Assembly: GCF_004010195.1 (NCBI RefSeq) | Contig: NC_057719.1 | Location: 63,636,602 to 63,700,601 of the forward strand | DNA from: Chiloscyllium plagiosum | Taxonomy: Eukaryota | Length of the DNA stretch: 64,000 nucleotides | Direction of reading: 5' to 3' | Shown here: positions 38,599-51,378 of the stretch, in pieces | Position numbering within the stretch: the stretch's first letter is position 1 | How the letters are laid out: the number at the start of each line of letters is the position of its first letter | Program-made: the position numbers and the translations under genes | Notes under the pieces: generated by a model | Databases searched by the model: none | What the model was told of the DNA's origin: nothing | Seen by the model: the letters and a program-made list of their open reading frames with translations, nothing else

Positions 38599-39007
38599 AA
38601 ATACTGCTGTTGCTTTTTGAATTCCTATCATTGATAACCCCTTCCTGCTTTGCCTTGTCTGTTCTCTCCGCAGATGCTACCTGATTTGCTGAGTGTTTCC
38701 ATCCTTTTATGTTTCAGATTCCTTGCATCTACAGAATTTTGCCATTTTGAGATGAGCACATTTTTCACTTTGCATAATAGATGACATTTTACTCTAAACA
38801 GAGGGTTGTATTTGCGAAGTTGTATTTTGCCACTTGTTTTCCTTCCATTAAATGTGATATCTTCGTATTGCAGCTTTCCTGTCAGAACTTAATTAGCTCT
38901 TTTTAAGGTTGCGATGTACGAATCTAGTTACAAAATATTGAGGGAATTCTTTACAATTACAATTTTAATTTGATATCAATTATAAATGTGATCTATTGTA
39001 ATTCTAG

Positions 39008-39103
<96 letters not shown>

Positions 39104-40157
39104 TAAGCAATGCTATTTCTGAAATATGGATTATAGTGTTGGAATTCAGGCGAGTAAGCAAATAACAGCATTATGTCACAGAACACCTTTGTAAATGTGA
39201 ACTTGATATCTTTTCTGTGATTTTATGTACTCACATTAAGTTACGGGTAAAAATGGTTTAATAAAAGTCTGATTTCCTTTGTAAAAGACTTGGGTTTTGC
39301 AGAATCATGTTTGTGGAGAGTTGTCTTTCTAAGGAAGAAAATGAAAAAGCATGGACTGACTAACTAACTGAGCAACTTAACTGAAGCAGTCATGTTCACA
39401 GCACTATTAGTTGAGGCTTAACGCCCCAGCCTTTTGTTTGGGATCTTCAATAACACATTTCACTTGATATCTTTTCACCATATACATTACTTACTTAAAT
39501 GGAGAGTGAGAAGATCAACTCCCCAGGCTTCCATCTGTTCTTCTCTGAAAATGGCTGTTTGGAGATGTGAGAGAGAGCAGCTGGTTTGATAGTTCCTCTG
39601 AGCTACCTCTTTATTTCCTAACTTAAGCACCTGTGGTCTGTCATGATACATTCCAACCACAGCACAGTTGTAACTGCGTTCATGTGAAGAATTACTGATG
39701 AGTCTATGTCTCATTATTCAATGGTGGAGTGCATTGGGACTTTAACACTACATGTTACCCTTCACATTTATAGAAGGTCAAATAGCCACTGTAGAAAAAG
39801 CTAAGGATTTTTTTGCAGTTCATTTGTGTAACCAGTACCTCTAAAGCAGAGTATTTGGCCTTGTCACATTACTGTTTGTGGGGGCTAGCTATGTAGAAAT
39901 TAGATAGCTTGTTTCCTAAATTACAACGGTGACTGCACTTCAGAAACACTTAATTGCCTGTTGGGCACTTTGGGAATCTTGAGATTGTGTTATATAAAGA
40001 CTAGCATTTCTTGCTCCAGTTTCTTTGTTAGGGATAAATTTTCCTAACCACTTTAAGATGAAGAGCAGCTTACACCACTTAACCGATAGGTGATCAAAGA
40101 GAAATCTGGTTTGATTTTGGGTGGGCTGTTGAAGCAGAACATCAGTTTTCAAGGTAA

Positions 40158-40352
<195 letters not shown>

Positions 40353-41547
40353 TAGTCTTGTGGGCATAATTAATTGAGCTTCCTTCATGCTCTCTTATCC
40401 CAACTTCTGTTGTGACTGCCCTTCCTCTCCAGATAAAATGCACTGTCTATTTATATGTCTCAATTGTATTTATCTGCTTCATTACATACCTGTTTTGCTG
40501 TGTTAAATTTCCTATTAAAAGCACAACATTGTTCACACTGGAGGATGAGAATTGGAATCAAAAGATTTTAATGAAAATATTTCCATTGTTTATTTGGATC
40601 CAGAAAAAAATGAATTGAGTATTTAAACTATAACACCAATTTTTCTCTTTAGTACTGTGGAATATTTTTTATGATCTCAATCAAGACCAGCAACTTGTTT
40701 CTAAAAGAATGAAATCCAAATCCTAGTTATTTACAGAAAGAATGAACCCACAGATTTCACAGTTTACAACAAAAGCATTAAGATTCTAACAAAGCAAACA
40801 CAAAATACCATCTATATTCTAAAATTCTGAATTATTATTTGTTAAATGTTAACTAATAACCAAATTGCAGTTGATTATTAATAATAACAATAAATTACAC
40901 ATTAAATGGAATTTAACCAAAGACCAATCTTAAGAATTAGCAGATATTATCACCAATATTGGTGATTGATATCACCAATATCAATCTAAATGGTTGTTCC
41001 CACCTTCTAGATGTAGCCTTTTCTTGTTCAGATTCCCTGCATTGTGCCATTGGGATCATCAGCTGAGCTCCAGTGGTTCTCTGCCCTTTTGGTTCACCCT
41101 GTTTCAGTCTCCTCGGAGGTTTTGATTTCTAAACTCAGTTTCAGTCTTAGTTTCCTGAGAAAATAAGAGGGCCACTTTCCTTTCTTACTTTGCCTTTTCA
41201 GTTTCCTTGATAATTTAGAGCCTCTGTTAAAATAGCTAGGCTTTGAAACCAATGGATTCCATTGCAATATCCTTTAATAATCCACAACAATTAACTTAGT
41301 GGTGTTATGCTGTCACTGAACAGGAAACTCTCAAAACATGCCTGGAGTTACAACATTACAAATGTAACAAAAATCCATGTTTGTATTCTGTTAAATCATT
41401 GCTTGTTGCAGGATTTAAGATGGTAATGTTCAATATTTTTAGATTCTCTTGCTTTTATTAATTTCTTAATTGGGTTGACGTAATAAACTGTATTAACAAG
41501 CCTACATGTTAACTGAGCTTTATATTTCTTGATCATTTTTAATCTGA

Positions 41548-41958
<411 letters not shown>

Positions 41959-41986
41959 TAGTGCTGATAGTTGTGTTGTACATCAG

Positions 41987-42094
41987 AGCTTCCAACTTGT
42001 ACACAGTCCCGCTCCTGTCATGGCTAAAGGTGGTAAACCTGTCCCTGGTTTCATTGGTCATCACTCTCATACTGCCATCAGTGCAGGAGAGCCG
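41987..42094 (+). CDS. GPHN: Gephyrin alternative C3 cassette exon, SFQLVHSPAPVMAKGGKPVPGFIGHHSHTAISAGEP
   Basis: catcag|AGC...GAGCCG|gtaaga; 108 nt = 36 codons, phase 0/0, located between the AAK and IPDS exons. SPA..MA..G.P.PG.I..His-cluster pattern resembles mammalian C3 as recalled. Confidence 0.88.
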
Positions 42095-43719
42095 GTAAGA
42101 GACACCAAAGAGGCATTAAAAGTAAACACTTGGCACTGCATTGTGCTACTGTGAGGAAATGAACCACTTGCACTGATTTTGTTGTTTCAATTAGACTTTA
42201 GCCATTTAGATTATCCTTTTCAACATGGTCATCTTGTTAAATGGTCATCAAATTATGTATCTTCATAATTGTGATTGTTTTCCATTGTTCTCATTGACTT
42301 CATGTGAATCATTCATAAATTTATTTCTCATTTGTCACTGAGCATTCAACATAAATATATCTTTGTACATAAAAAGTACACTTTTTCACTGCTTGATTAA
42401 ATGATTAAATGCCTTCCCTTTAGGACAGCCTGCGGGATTAAATATTGAGTGGAAGTAATGTTAAGTTAGATTGAAGTAGATGGTAGAAAAGCAAAAATAC
42501 CCAATAAAGGAAATCAAATGACTACAAACAATTTATAAGTGATACAGTAGTTGTTACATACAGAGACTATTAACATTAAAATTGTTTGAAAATATAGCTT
42601 TTTAATAGTTGTGAATTTGTCAAGATGCAAATGATGGTAGAATTTATAAATTTGTTGCTACAAAAACTACAGGAGTTTGATCTGTACTTCTCACAGGAGT
42701 TAATATAGATTTTCAGTTGGCTTTCTATTAAAATTAACTTTTAGAGAATTTTGCTCGCATATATGGAGGATGAAAAAGACTGACTGATTCTCAAAATCCT
42801 CACTTTTTTTTAGACATGCTTCAAATTTGCTTTGAAAACTGCAAACTTTTGAAGATGATAAATAAGTTGCCAGTAAAATCTGGGAGAGGTCAGAGAGTAT
42901 TTTGTATTTTGCTAATTGTTAAATCTAGACCAACTGAAGTGAGCCCCACCAATCGCAGTTTTCTTTTAATATCTATATCATTACTGCATTGATCGTTGTC
43001 ACAGACATTTGCAAATTTTTCAAACTTCTAATGGATAGCTAATTTCTTTTTCAATTAAAAATTCCAGTTTGCACTGCATGTTTATTTTGCCTTTTCAATT
43101 TATATGAAGATATTGAATTAGTTGATCCCAATTCAAAAATGGTATATGCCACTTTATAAACTATGACATTTGAGAAATATACTTTGCAGAAGTGATCGCT
43201 GCTGCCATATTAGTGCAAGTGATCAATTTCCAGAAGTTCAATGATACAGTAAAAATGTTTGGTACAATTTAATTGAGATATTTAATGATTGATATTATAT
43301 ATGAGCTTGTTGTCCATTTATGTTGCCATGATGCAGTAATAGAATATAACATATCCCAGTCAGTATATAATGTAGAGTTAGAATTTATAAGTATAATGTT
43401 TATTAATGTAGATGAGTTGTAGGATTGAAACATAAAGCATTGCTTAAAATTAAAAGTATTGTCTTTTAATTACACTTATTGCTTTAATTCTTGTCAGCTT
43501 GACAACATTCGCTACCAGTGTAACAAACTATGACATTTGAAAAATTCAGTGGTAAATTGAGTTATTACAATTATTATAAAATTTGTTTAAAATCAGCACT
43601 TATGCCTTTACGTATAAAAGTGAAATACCATCTGATTTACAATGTGTTCCCAACATAGGAGAAAGCCAACTTTAAGTTTGCTTGTATTGAAATATGAAGA
43701 TGACTTTAACTCTAAGTGA

Positions 43720-43938
<219 letters not shown>

Positions 43939-46304
43939 TAATTGTATAATTAAGGATTGGTCACTTGTCCTAGAACAAAACAATGGTTGAGGATTGCCTC
44001 GAAAGCAGGAATACAATGCTTTGTAACTAAATTGAAATGACATCTTTAATAATAAAATAAAATTCAATTTATCAGAATTCAGAGCCTTTGCAAAGAAACA
44101 AAATACATTTTTACTTGTTTTCAGTTAAGGAAAGCCACTTGGTATTTGAGAATTTGCATTACTTTAATAAAATTATTGGTAAATGGGCTGACAATCTGAC
44201 TTTATTTTTAACCTGAATTAAGGTACGCTGAGCTGTATTTTTAATATAGCACAGTTTGATGTCCAGTTAATGATGCAGTGCTAGTAAATCGATTTTCCTG
44301 GATTCCACTCAATAAAGATTTGAACGAATGTATTCCAATTATGCAGACCTCATTCCTACCTAACTTCACAGATGCTTTGCCATTTGCTTTTCCAAGAAGG
44401 TTATTGTAGACTATGATAAAATTGTAGGACATGAGGAAATAATTTGCAAAATTAACTTTTAAAACCTTAGCTTGCTAGAGCTCAAAAATGTTTGACCAAA
44501 CATAGTACATAACTCTTGAAATTCAAATCAGCATTATCTGGAATTAAAAATGAAGCGATGTGAGAAATTCATACCTTGCCAGATAAGTTGTTTGAAAATT
44601 ACCAATTTGACCTAATGTACATCTGTTCAGATCTTGGGAGAGGGGGTATTGTTGTGATTGTTGACTTGCCTTCTCTCTTTGCATCCTGATTTGTTGACTT
44701 AGTTCCAAACTATACTTGCTTCTTTACTGTAGGATAAGAATCAGAATCCTTTTCTGACAGCAGAAATGTTGCTTAAATGTTTGCCCTTGGTTGGCATGTT
44801 ATTGTCATAGACACCTTCTACTCAATTATACACTTAAGTCATTTTTCTTTTGGGCAACCAGTATAGTTACTGCAACAAATTCCTAGTTCATACGAAAAGT
44901 TGTGATTTTTAATGCTCAGCACCTTGCTTTCTATTGTGCATTTCACTCTAGGAGGAAAATGTGTGAAGATAAAAAATATTAAGCACCATGCAAGAAAGGT
45001 TTCTTCATTTTAACTGTATTAACAATGTTAATTCGCAACTTACTATTTTGATTTTAGATGAGAAAATCTTAATGGGCCACCTTTTCAATTCAGGTTTGTT
45101 TTCCTGTTGTCAAATTGCTCAAACAAATCTTCACCATTTCCCCAAACCCCATTGTAAATGCAAAATCTGATATTGATGATTTGAGGGAGGCTTATATGCC
45201 TTGTTGAGCTTCTGTAAGTTGATCATGGTTGGTCACAATCAATCACCCGAGCTCTTACCCGTAAACGTGCATCACCAAGAAAAGTTGAGAGATCAGCCTC
45301 CATGTCATCGAGTGTCCTCCTTTTGTGAACAATTTTATATTGATGATCTTATTTGTAACATCTTAGTTGGCCAAGGATATCATTAATTAGCTGTATTGTC
45401 CAGCTGTAAATTAATTCTGTTCACTGTATGCTTTCAAATCTCTGATAGAAGTATGCAGGGTGACACTTAGTGTTGACTCATTGAGTCATTTTCTCATTAT
45501 TCACTCCAGGCAAAAAAAAATCACAATATCCTCCTAATTTTATAAAATAACAGTTAAATTGTTTTCATTTAAATATATTGATTTTCAATTTGTTACCATG
45601 TCAGTGATGAGCTCTTTTAGAATCTTTCTTCAAGTGTCTGTTGCCTGATCCAACAGCTGTTTAACGTTGTCATGCTTGTAGTTTTGGCAGGAAGAATGCA
45701 CTAACATGCAGCTCTCCATAGCATTTTATTAAACCTGCCACCCTTCATCTAGTCACAGATAGATGCTACATTCATGGTGTGAACATGAAATTTGTTTTCG
45801 AGAGGAATTTAAACTTTTATTTGACAAAAAAAGATCATGAAAAATACTTATGTGCCTGGTTAGTTCTGAAATAAGTGGCGATGTTAGCTGATTGCTACTC
45901 GTAAAAAATGTGATTAATTCAGTCTTTAGATCATATTTGTACTTAAGTCTATAAATATGATTGCTGTTTCAATTATTCCCCATGAGTCACATCACTGTTC
46001 AACTTTTGAAGCTATACTTTGAAACTGAATTCTACGTTAAGTTGCAGATTGTACATTATGTTTGATTGTTACTCTTATTCACCAAAACTATATTGTAGCT
46101 GCCCTTAGGTCAAGTTGGTAGTATGAACTGGTGTACATCCTTCCAGACATCTCGGGGAGGACCGCCTGAAATATTGAAGCATCTTGCAAGTGGCACTTCT
46201 AATGCCTCAAGCTTATGCTGTTCCTTTTTTGCTTCCTGATCTCTTTACTTGCACAGTCAGATCCAGTGAGGTGAGCTATCCTGTGTAAATAAAGCATCAA
46301 CTGA

Positions 46305-46545
46305 ATCAAATTAAATCAGAAAACTCTGAAGATAGACAGCAAGTCTGGCAGCATCTGTGGAGTGAAAAACAGAATTAACATCTCTGGTCAATGACCTTTC
46401 ATCAGTATTGGCAGTTCTGACAAAGGATCATCAACCTGAAATGTTAGCTTTGTTTTTCTGTCTCCACAGATACTGCTGCACTTGCTGAATATTTCCAGCA
46501 TTCTCTCTTTTTAATTCCTGTGGCCAGCATCTTTTGCTTCTCCAA
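46305..46545. mobile_element. Degenerate fold-back PLE pseudo-LTR element with decayed hammerhead cores
   Basis: gcagcatctgtggag..aaaaacagaattaacat...ctttcatcag mirrored by ctgacaaagg...ctgaaatgttagctttgttttt..ctccacagatactgc. Confidence 0.65.
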
Positions 46546-49489
46546 ACTGGAGCAGGTGATAATTGGAAATTCCAGAGGGCAGCATCACTTCTCACCCATA
46601 TGAAAAGAGCTTGAGTTTGGTTGTTTTCCAGAGTTTTTCAAAGACAAATGTATGTGTTGAAGCACATTTGACCATGGTCATTGACTGATTACATGCTGTG
46701 ACAGCTCTTTTTTTTTGACTAAAACAGAAACCAAAAGGAGTGAAATGAAAGACACCAAGATTCAATATAAACTTAATCCTTTATATATCTTTATATGTCA
46801 GATCTGCTCATCGTTGTAGAGGTTAGCAAGGGTTTCATTGTCAAGGGAGATTTAAGTCTGAAAAGGATTATTTAAAAATTATGAATTGTAAGCTTCAAAC
46901 ATGCTTCATAACTTGTATGTTTTACAGTGCAGAATGCACTTGACATTCAGCACAATTTACAGATATCTTCTCAGTAATAAAGTTTGTTGGGTCTGAAAGA
47001 GTTAACACTGAAGAATTTCATAAGCACAACCCACTATGATGATATTATATGAACTTGTGGACTGATTTTGAAAGAACAACATGACATTTGATCCTCCTTA
47101 AAGCCTCTATGATAATGTCTGTCATACACATGTAACTTGTAACAAGTGACTGAGATGTAGTAAATTATTATCCTGTTACCTTTAAGAGAATCATCTAGTT
47201 AGGACGTGGTTTCCCTCTACCACATGAGAATAAGCAGCTCCTGTAGTTTCCACCACTTGAAGAGGATGATGACTGCACTTTCTTCATAAAAAGCAGCTCA
47301 CAGATAATTGTGAGCTGGTGTACTCAACCAACAATGACCAAAATGTTATATGTGGACCAAACATGACTTGTGGCAATCTTTATTTCAGTTCCTAAGTTTC
47401 ATTCTTTGTGTTTGTGTACAAAATCAATTTCCATAACTTTAAGCTGTTAGAACTTTAAAACCAGAAATGGGTGCTTTCTAACTGGTGGTGTTTGACCAGT
47501 GAGGAAACAGTCTTTATAATTCCTTCAGTGCAAGCTATTTTGAAATGTGTTCTCCCTTCACTCTACATTTCTTTGTGGATCTGAGCCAGACACTCCCTCT
47601 GGCCTTGTTTGTAATTAAGGTAATACTATTAAAAATAATAAAATTGTTCTGTGGCAGTACTGTGTCTGAAGAGTGGTGGGAGTGGGATGGTACTGTGCAA
47701 GAGACAGGAGGTAGAGAGAGCAAACTACTGAAAGTAGAGATGGGGGTGCGGGGTGGGTAAGGAGAAACCAGAGGAAAGACTAGACCATTGAATTAATAAT
47801 GAAGAGCATATTCTAATCTTCTCAGGCCAGGCTACATGTATATTTAAGCAGACCAGCAATTAAAACTTGTGTTGACATAGTGTATCACAGAATTAAAGGA
47901 TAGAGGTCCACTAACCCAAAGTTGTACTTTTAGTTTTATGCCAATCACACCATTCGTAGAGATGCCAAGAGGATGCTAAGCACTTTTGCATAGGGCGGGG
48001 CAGAAACATTTCTTCTACAATGACATCCAGCGGGTTGTAAACTCTCCAACATTGACCCAGAGCTTCCAAAAATAGACAAGCCGTCTCTACAAGAAGCTTA
48101 CGGGAGTATTAAAAAAAAAGTCTGTTTGATTAACAGTCAGAGGATAATGTACTTGGGCAATGAAGAAAGTATTTGCTTTTCAGTTGGCAATGCATCAGGT
48201 GGATTGATGTGTTGGGGCACAAATCATGGACAGGTAATGTTGTGTTTTATGTTGAAACTTCCTGTTATACATTAACTAGGGTTAACGACGATTCCAAGTT
48301 GTGAGAATTCCCACATTACATTTCAGTCCAGAAGGCGAATGCTACTGAGAGAGAAAAATAACTTTCTGCCAAATTGATTTTTTAGAAAAATCTAAAGGAA
48401 GTGTATTTTCTCTGAATATAATTTTCAAATGTATCAATGAGGTATAAAATTGTGCCAAGCAATTAGTTGTTTTCCCTTCATTTGAAGTGAGCTGTATTTT
48501 CTTTTCATTGAACCAAATAAAGGTCTTGCAATGCTGTGAGGCATGTAGTGTTATTTCTGGCAAGTTATAATGAATCATTAAATATTCTGGAAATTACTGA
48601 CAATGTGAAAAAGGAATCCTAAATTAAATGTGCTGTTTTGATGCCAATACCATTTTTTAACTGGAATATGAAAATAGAACACTGAGTCAATATTGCAAGT
48701 GGGTGCTGAAAAGATAGCTGTCAACCTACAACTAAGCAGCAACAATGTACCAACTTGGATTTATGTGGCTGAAGTTCAAAGTAGTGGTCACCTTACCCTA
48801 GAATGGACATTGTTTCGTTTAAGATGATGCACACCAAAATAATTCCACACAATATGAATTGAAATTATGAAGGGGATTTGAAGAATTATGCTTCATTTCT
48901 TTAGCAATTTATCTGAATCAAATTTATTGTCAAGGCTGCAAATGCCAGGGAACATGGGCTCATTGAAATTGATAGTGCTTGAATTTAAAAGACGGTTAGA
49001 TGAACTTCCAAAGAAAGAAGACTTATAAAATTTTGAGAAAGCAGCTTAGGAACTATCAGAAAGAAACAGTCTTTGTGAGCCTGCATGCCTTTCCTTACAA
49101 TAAACACTTCGTGCATTGTGAGTATATTTTTACTCATTAGAAGAATTCTTCTTTCATTGTATCAAATTGTCAGGGATAATGTTAATTTTCTACGTAGACA
49201 AGAGTAGTGCTTTTGGGTCAGTTTCCTCAGTTCAGTGTGAAAAGGCAAAGCTTATTCAAATACTTGCACTTAATATTTGTTCAGCCACTATAGGAATTTC
49301 ATTAGACCAAGATTCCATTTTTACAGAACGGCTATTTGATTTCTTTTAAGAACGAAAACAGTACAATAATGGCTTTATCCTCAGTTCCACTTTCATTTTT
49401 TGAAGGATTATCAAGGGAAACTGGATCCTTGAAAAGAGTCCTGCATCGTCCTTATCTACTGCAACTCTTCTTTACTTGGCTGGACTGTC

Positions 49490-50200
49490 ATCACTTTGAA
49501 TAACTTCTCCTTTAACTCCTATTGCTTTCTCAATGGTTTTTGCTTTCAAAGATGTGGCTATGGGTGTCTGTGTGGCCCAGTTATGTCTGTCTCTCTGTAG
49601 GATATGTGCAACATTCCGAGTTTCCAGTCCTACCTGGGCTCTTCCCATAAGACTTTCTCCAATATATTGGGAATGTCATCAGTGGTGGTTCCTGCTCTCA
49701 TCAACAATCAGAAAAATCCATCAGTTTTGTTACCATTTTGCTTTCAATTTCCATCTATCTCACCTTCACCTGATCCTTGACTTATGTTCTATTTCTGGGG
49801 TTGGGCTGGCCACCAATATCATTACGAAACCTATCAACTCCCACAGTTACCTTGACTACATTTTCTCACACACTGCTTTGCGTAAGGACTCTATTTCATT
49901 TTCCCATTTCTCCATCTCCATCACATCAGTTCCAACAGTGCCATTTTCCTCAGTTTCCAACATGTCGCTCTTTTTCCTCAACGAAGGATTGCCACCACTT
50001 ACCACTACCCACCATGTTTGACAGGGCCCTCAGCTATGTCTGACCCATTTCACACACTTCTGCCCTCACCCCCTTTCCCACTCCCACCTCCTAGAATAAT
50101 AATTGTCCTCACATTCCACCCCAGCAGGTTTTGCATTCAAAGGATTATCCTACACTAGTAGGATGTCAGCACCAACCCAAAAGATATCCCTTTCTGCACT
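49490..50200 (+). mobile_element. Highly decayed Penelope-like RT fragment
   Basis: KDVAMG...; KPINSHSYLDY..SH....KDSI.FS.F in ORF 49533..50021 parallels 53800-54180. Confidence 0.7.
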
Positions 50201-50211
50201 ACTCCTTGAGC

Positions 50212-51378
50212 CCATGGTGTATGTGTTAGTATATTAAGATGAACAGAGGATTGGCTAACTAACAGAAGGAGGGGAATTGAGATAAAGGAGTAATTGTCAG
50301 CATGGCAAGCTGTAACTAGTGGTGTGCTATAGGGATTGATGCTGTGGCTGTAATTATTTACAAAATATATTAATGACTTCTAGTGCATTCACGTCCGCGG
50401 TATCACCAAGTTTGCGGATGACACAAAAATAGGTAGGAAGACAAGTTGTGAGGATGATACAGAGACTCTAGGAGAGTTAGAGATTGGCAAAAGCTTGGCA
50501 GATTTGAGATTGTGCACTTTAAGGAAAAATCAAAGAGCTGAAAATTAGACAAATGGGGAAAGACTGGAGAAAGCTGCAGCAAAGAGAGATTTGGGGGTTC
50601 TCGTGTACGAATCACAAAAACCTAGTTTCCATGTTCGGTGGGTACTACGGAAGGAAAATAGACTGTAAATGTTTATTTCAAAGGGAATTGATTGTAAGAA
50701 TATGGATGTCTTGCTAAAGCTATACAAGGTGTCATCAAGCCATACTATAAACAGTGTGTGGTCCTCTCTACTGGCATTGGAGGCAATGAGAAGGTTCACA
50801 ATTATGTTTCTGGGCATGGAAGGAGAAATTGAGTAGATTGGGCCAGAACCCATTGGAATTTCTAATAATGAAAAGTGACCTTATTGAAATGTACAATATT
50901 CTTAGAGGCCTTGACAGTGTTGATGCAAGGAAGTTGTTTATCCTTTTGGGAGAATCTAGTACCAAAGGGCATAATCACAGAGAAAGGGATTACCCACTTA
51001 AGACAGACTCGGGGAGGAATTTCTTCTCTTGGAAGGTAGTGAAATTGTGGCATTCTTTACTGCAGAGGGCTGTTGAGGCTGGGTTGCTAAGTGTATACAA
51101 GGCTGAGAAAGGCAGGTTTTTAATCAGTGAGGGAATCCAGAATTATGGGGACAAGGGAGGAAGGTGAAGTTGAGGATTGTCAGATCAGCCATGATCTCAT
51201 TGAAAAGGAGAGCAGACTCAATGGATTGAATTCTGGAATAGTGGTGCTGGAAGAGCACAGCTGTTCAGGCAGCATCCACTGCTGTGCTCTTCCAGCACCA
51301 CTATTCCAGAATCTGGTTTCCAGCATCTGCAGTCATTGTTTTTACCTCAATGGATTGAATGGCTTGTTTCTGGTATAG
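50212..51378 (+). mobile_element. Old CR1 ORF2 3' portion
   Basis: aagtttgcggatgacacaaaa (KFADDTK); KSDLIEMYNILRGLDSVD...RNFFSWKVVKLWHSL. Confidence 0.85.
51232..51345. mobile_element. Miniature fold-back PLE terminus inserted in the CR1 3' UTR
   Basis: 32-bp stem 51230-51261/51281-51312; 15-bp TSD ctcaatggattgaat at 51217-51231 and 51346-51360; 3' end cagcatctgcagtc..tgtttttac as in 85-884. Confidence 0.88.

Noticed and set aside
26041..39007. Mammalian G2 cassette (KFPTFPFCGLQKG-like)
   Set aside because: No convincing in-frame AG/GT-bounded match seen; a pyrimidine tract near 36960-37005 leads into a stop and has no GT donor.
40670..41400. Possible solo LTR remnants here and at ~22150-23000
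   Set aside because: Composition is suggestive but no termini or TSD could be defined.
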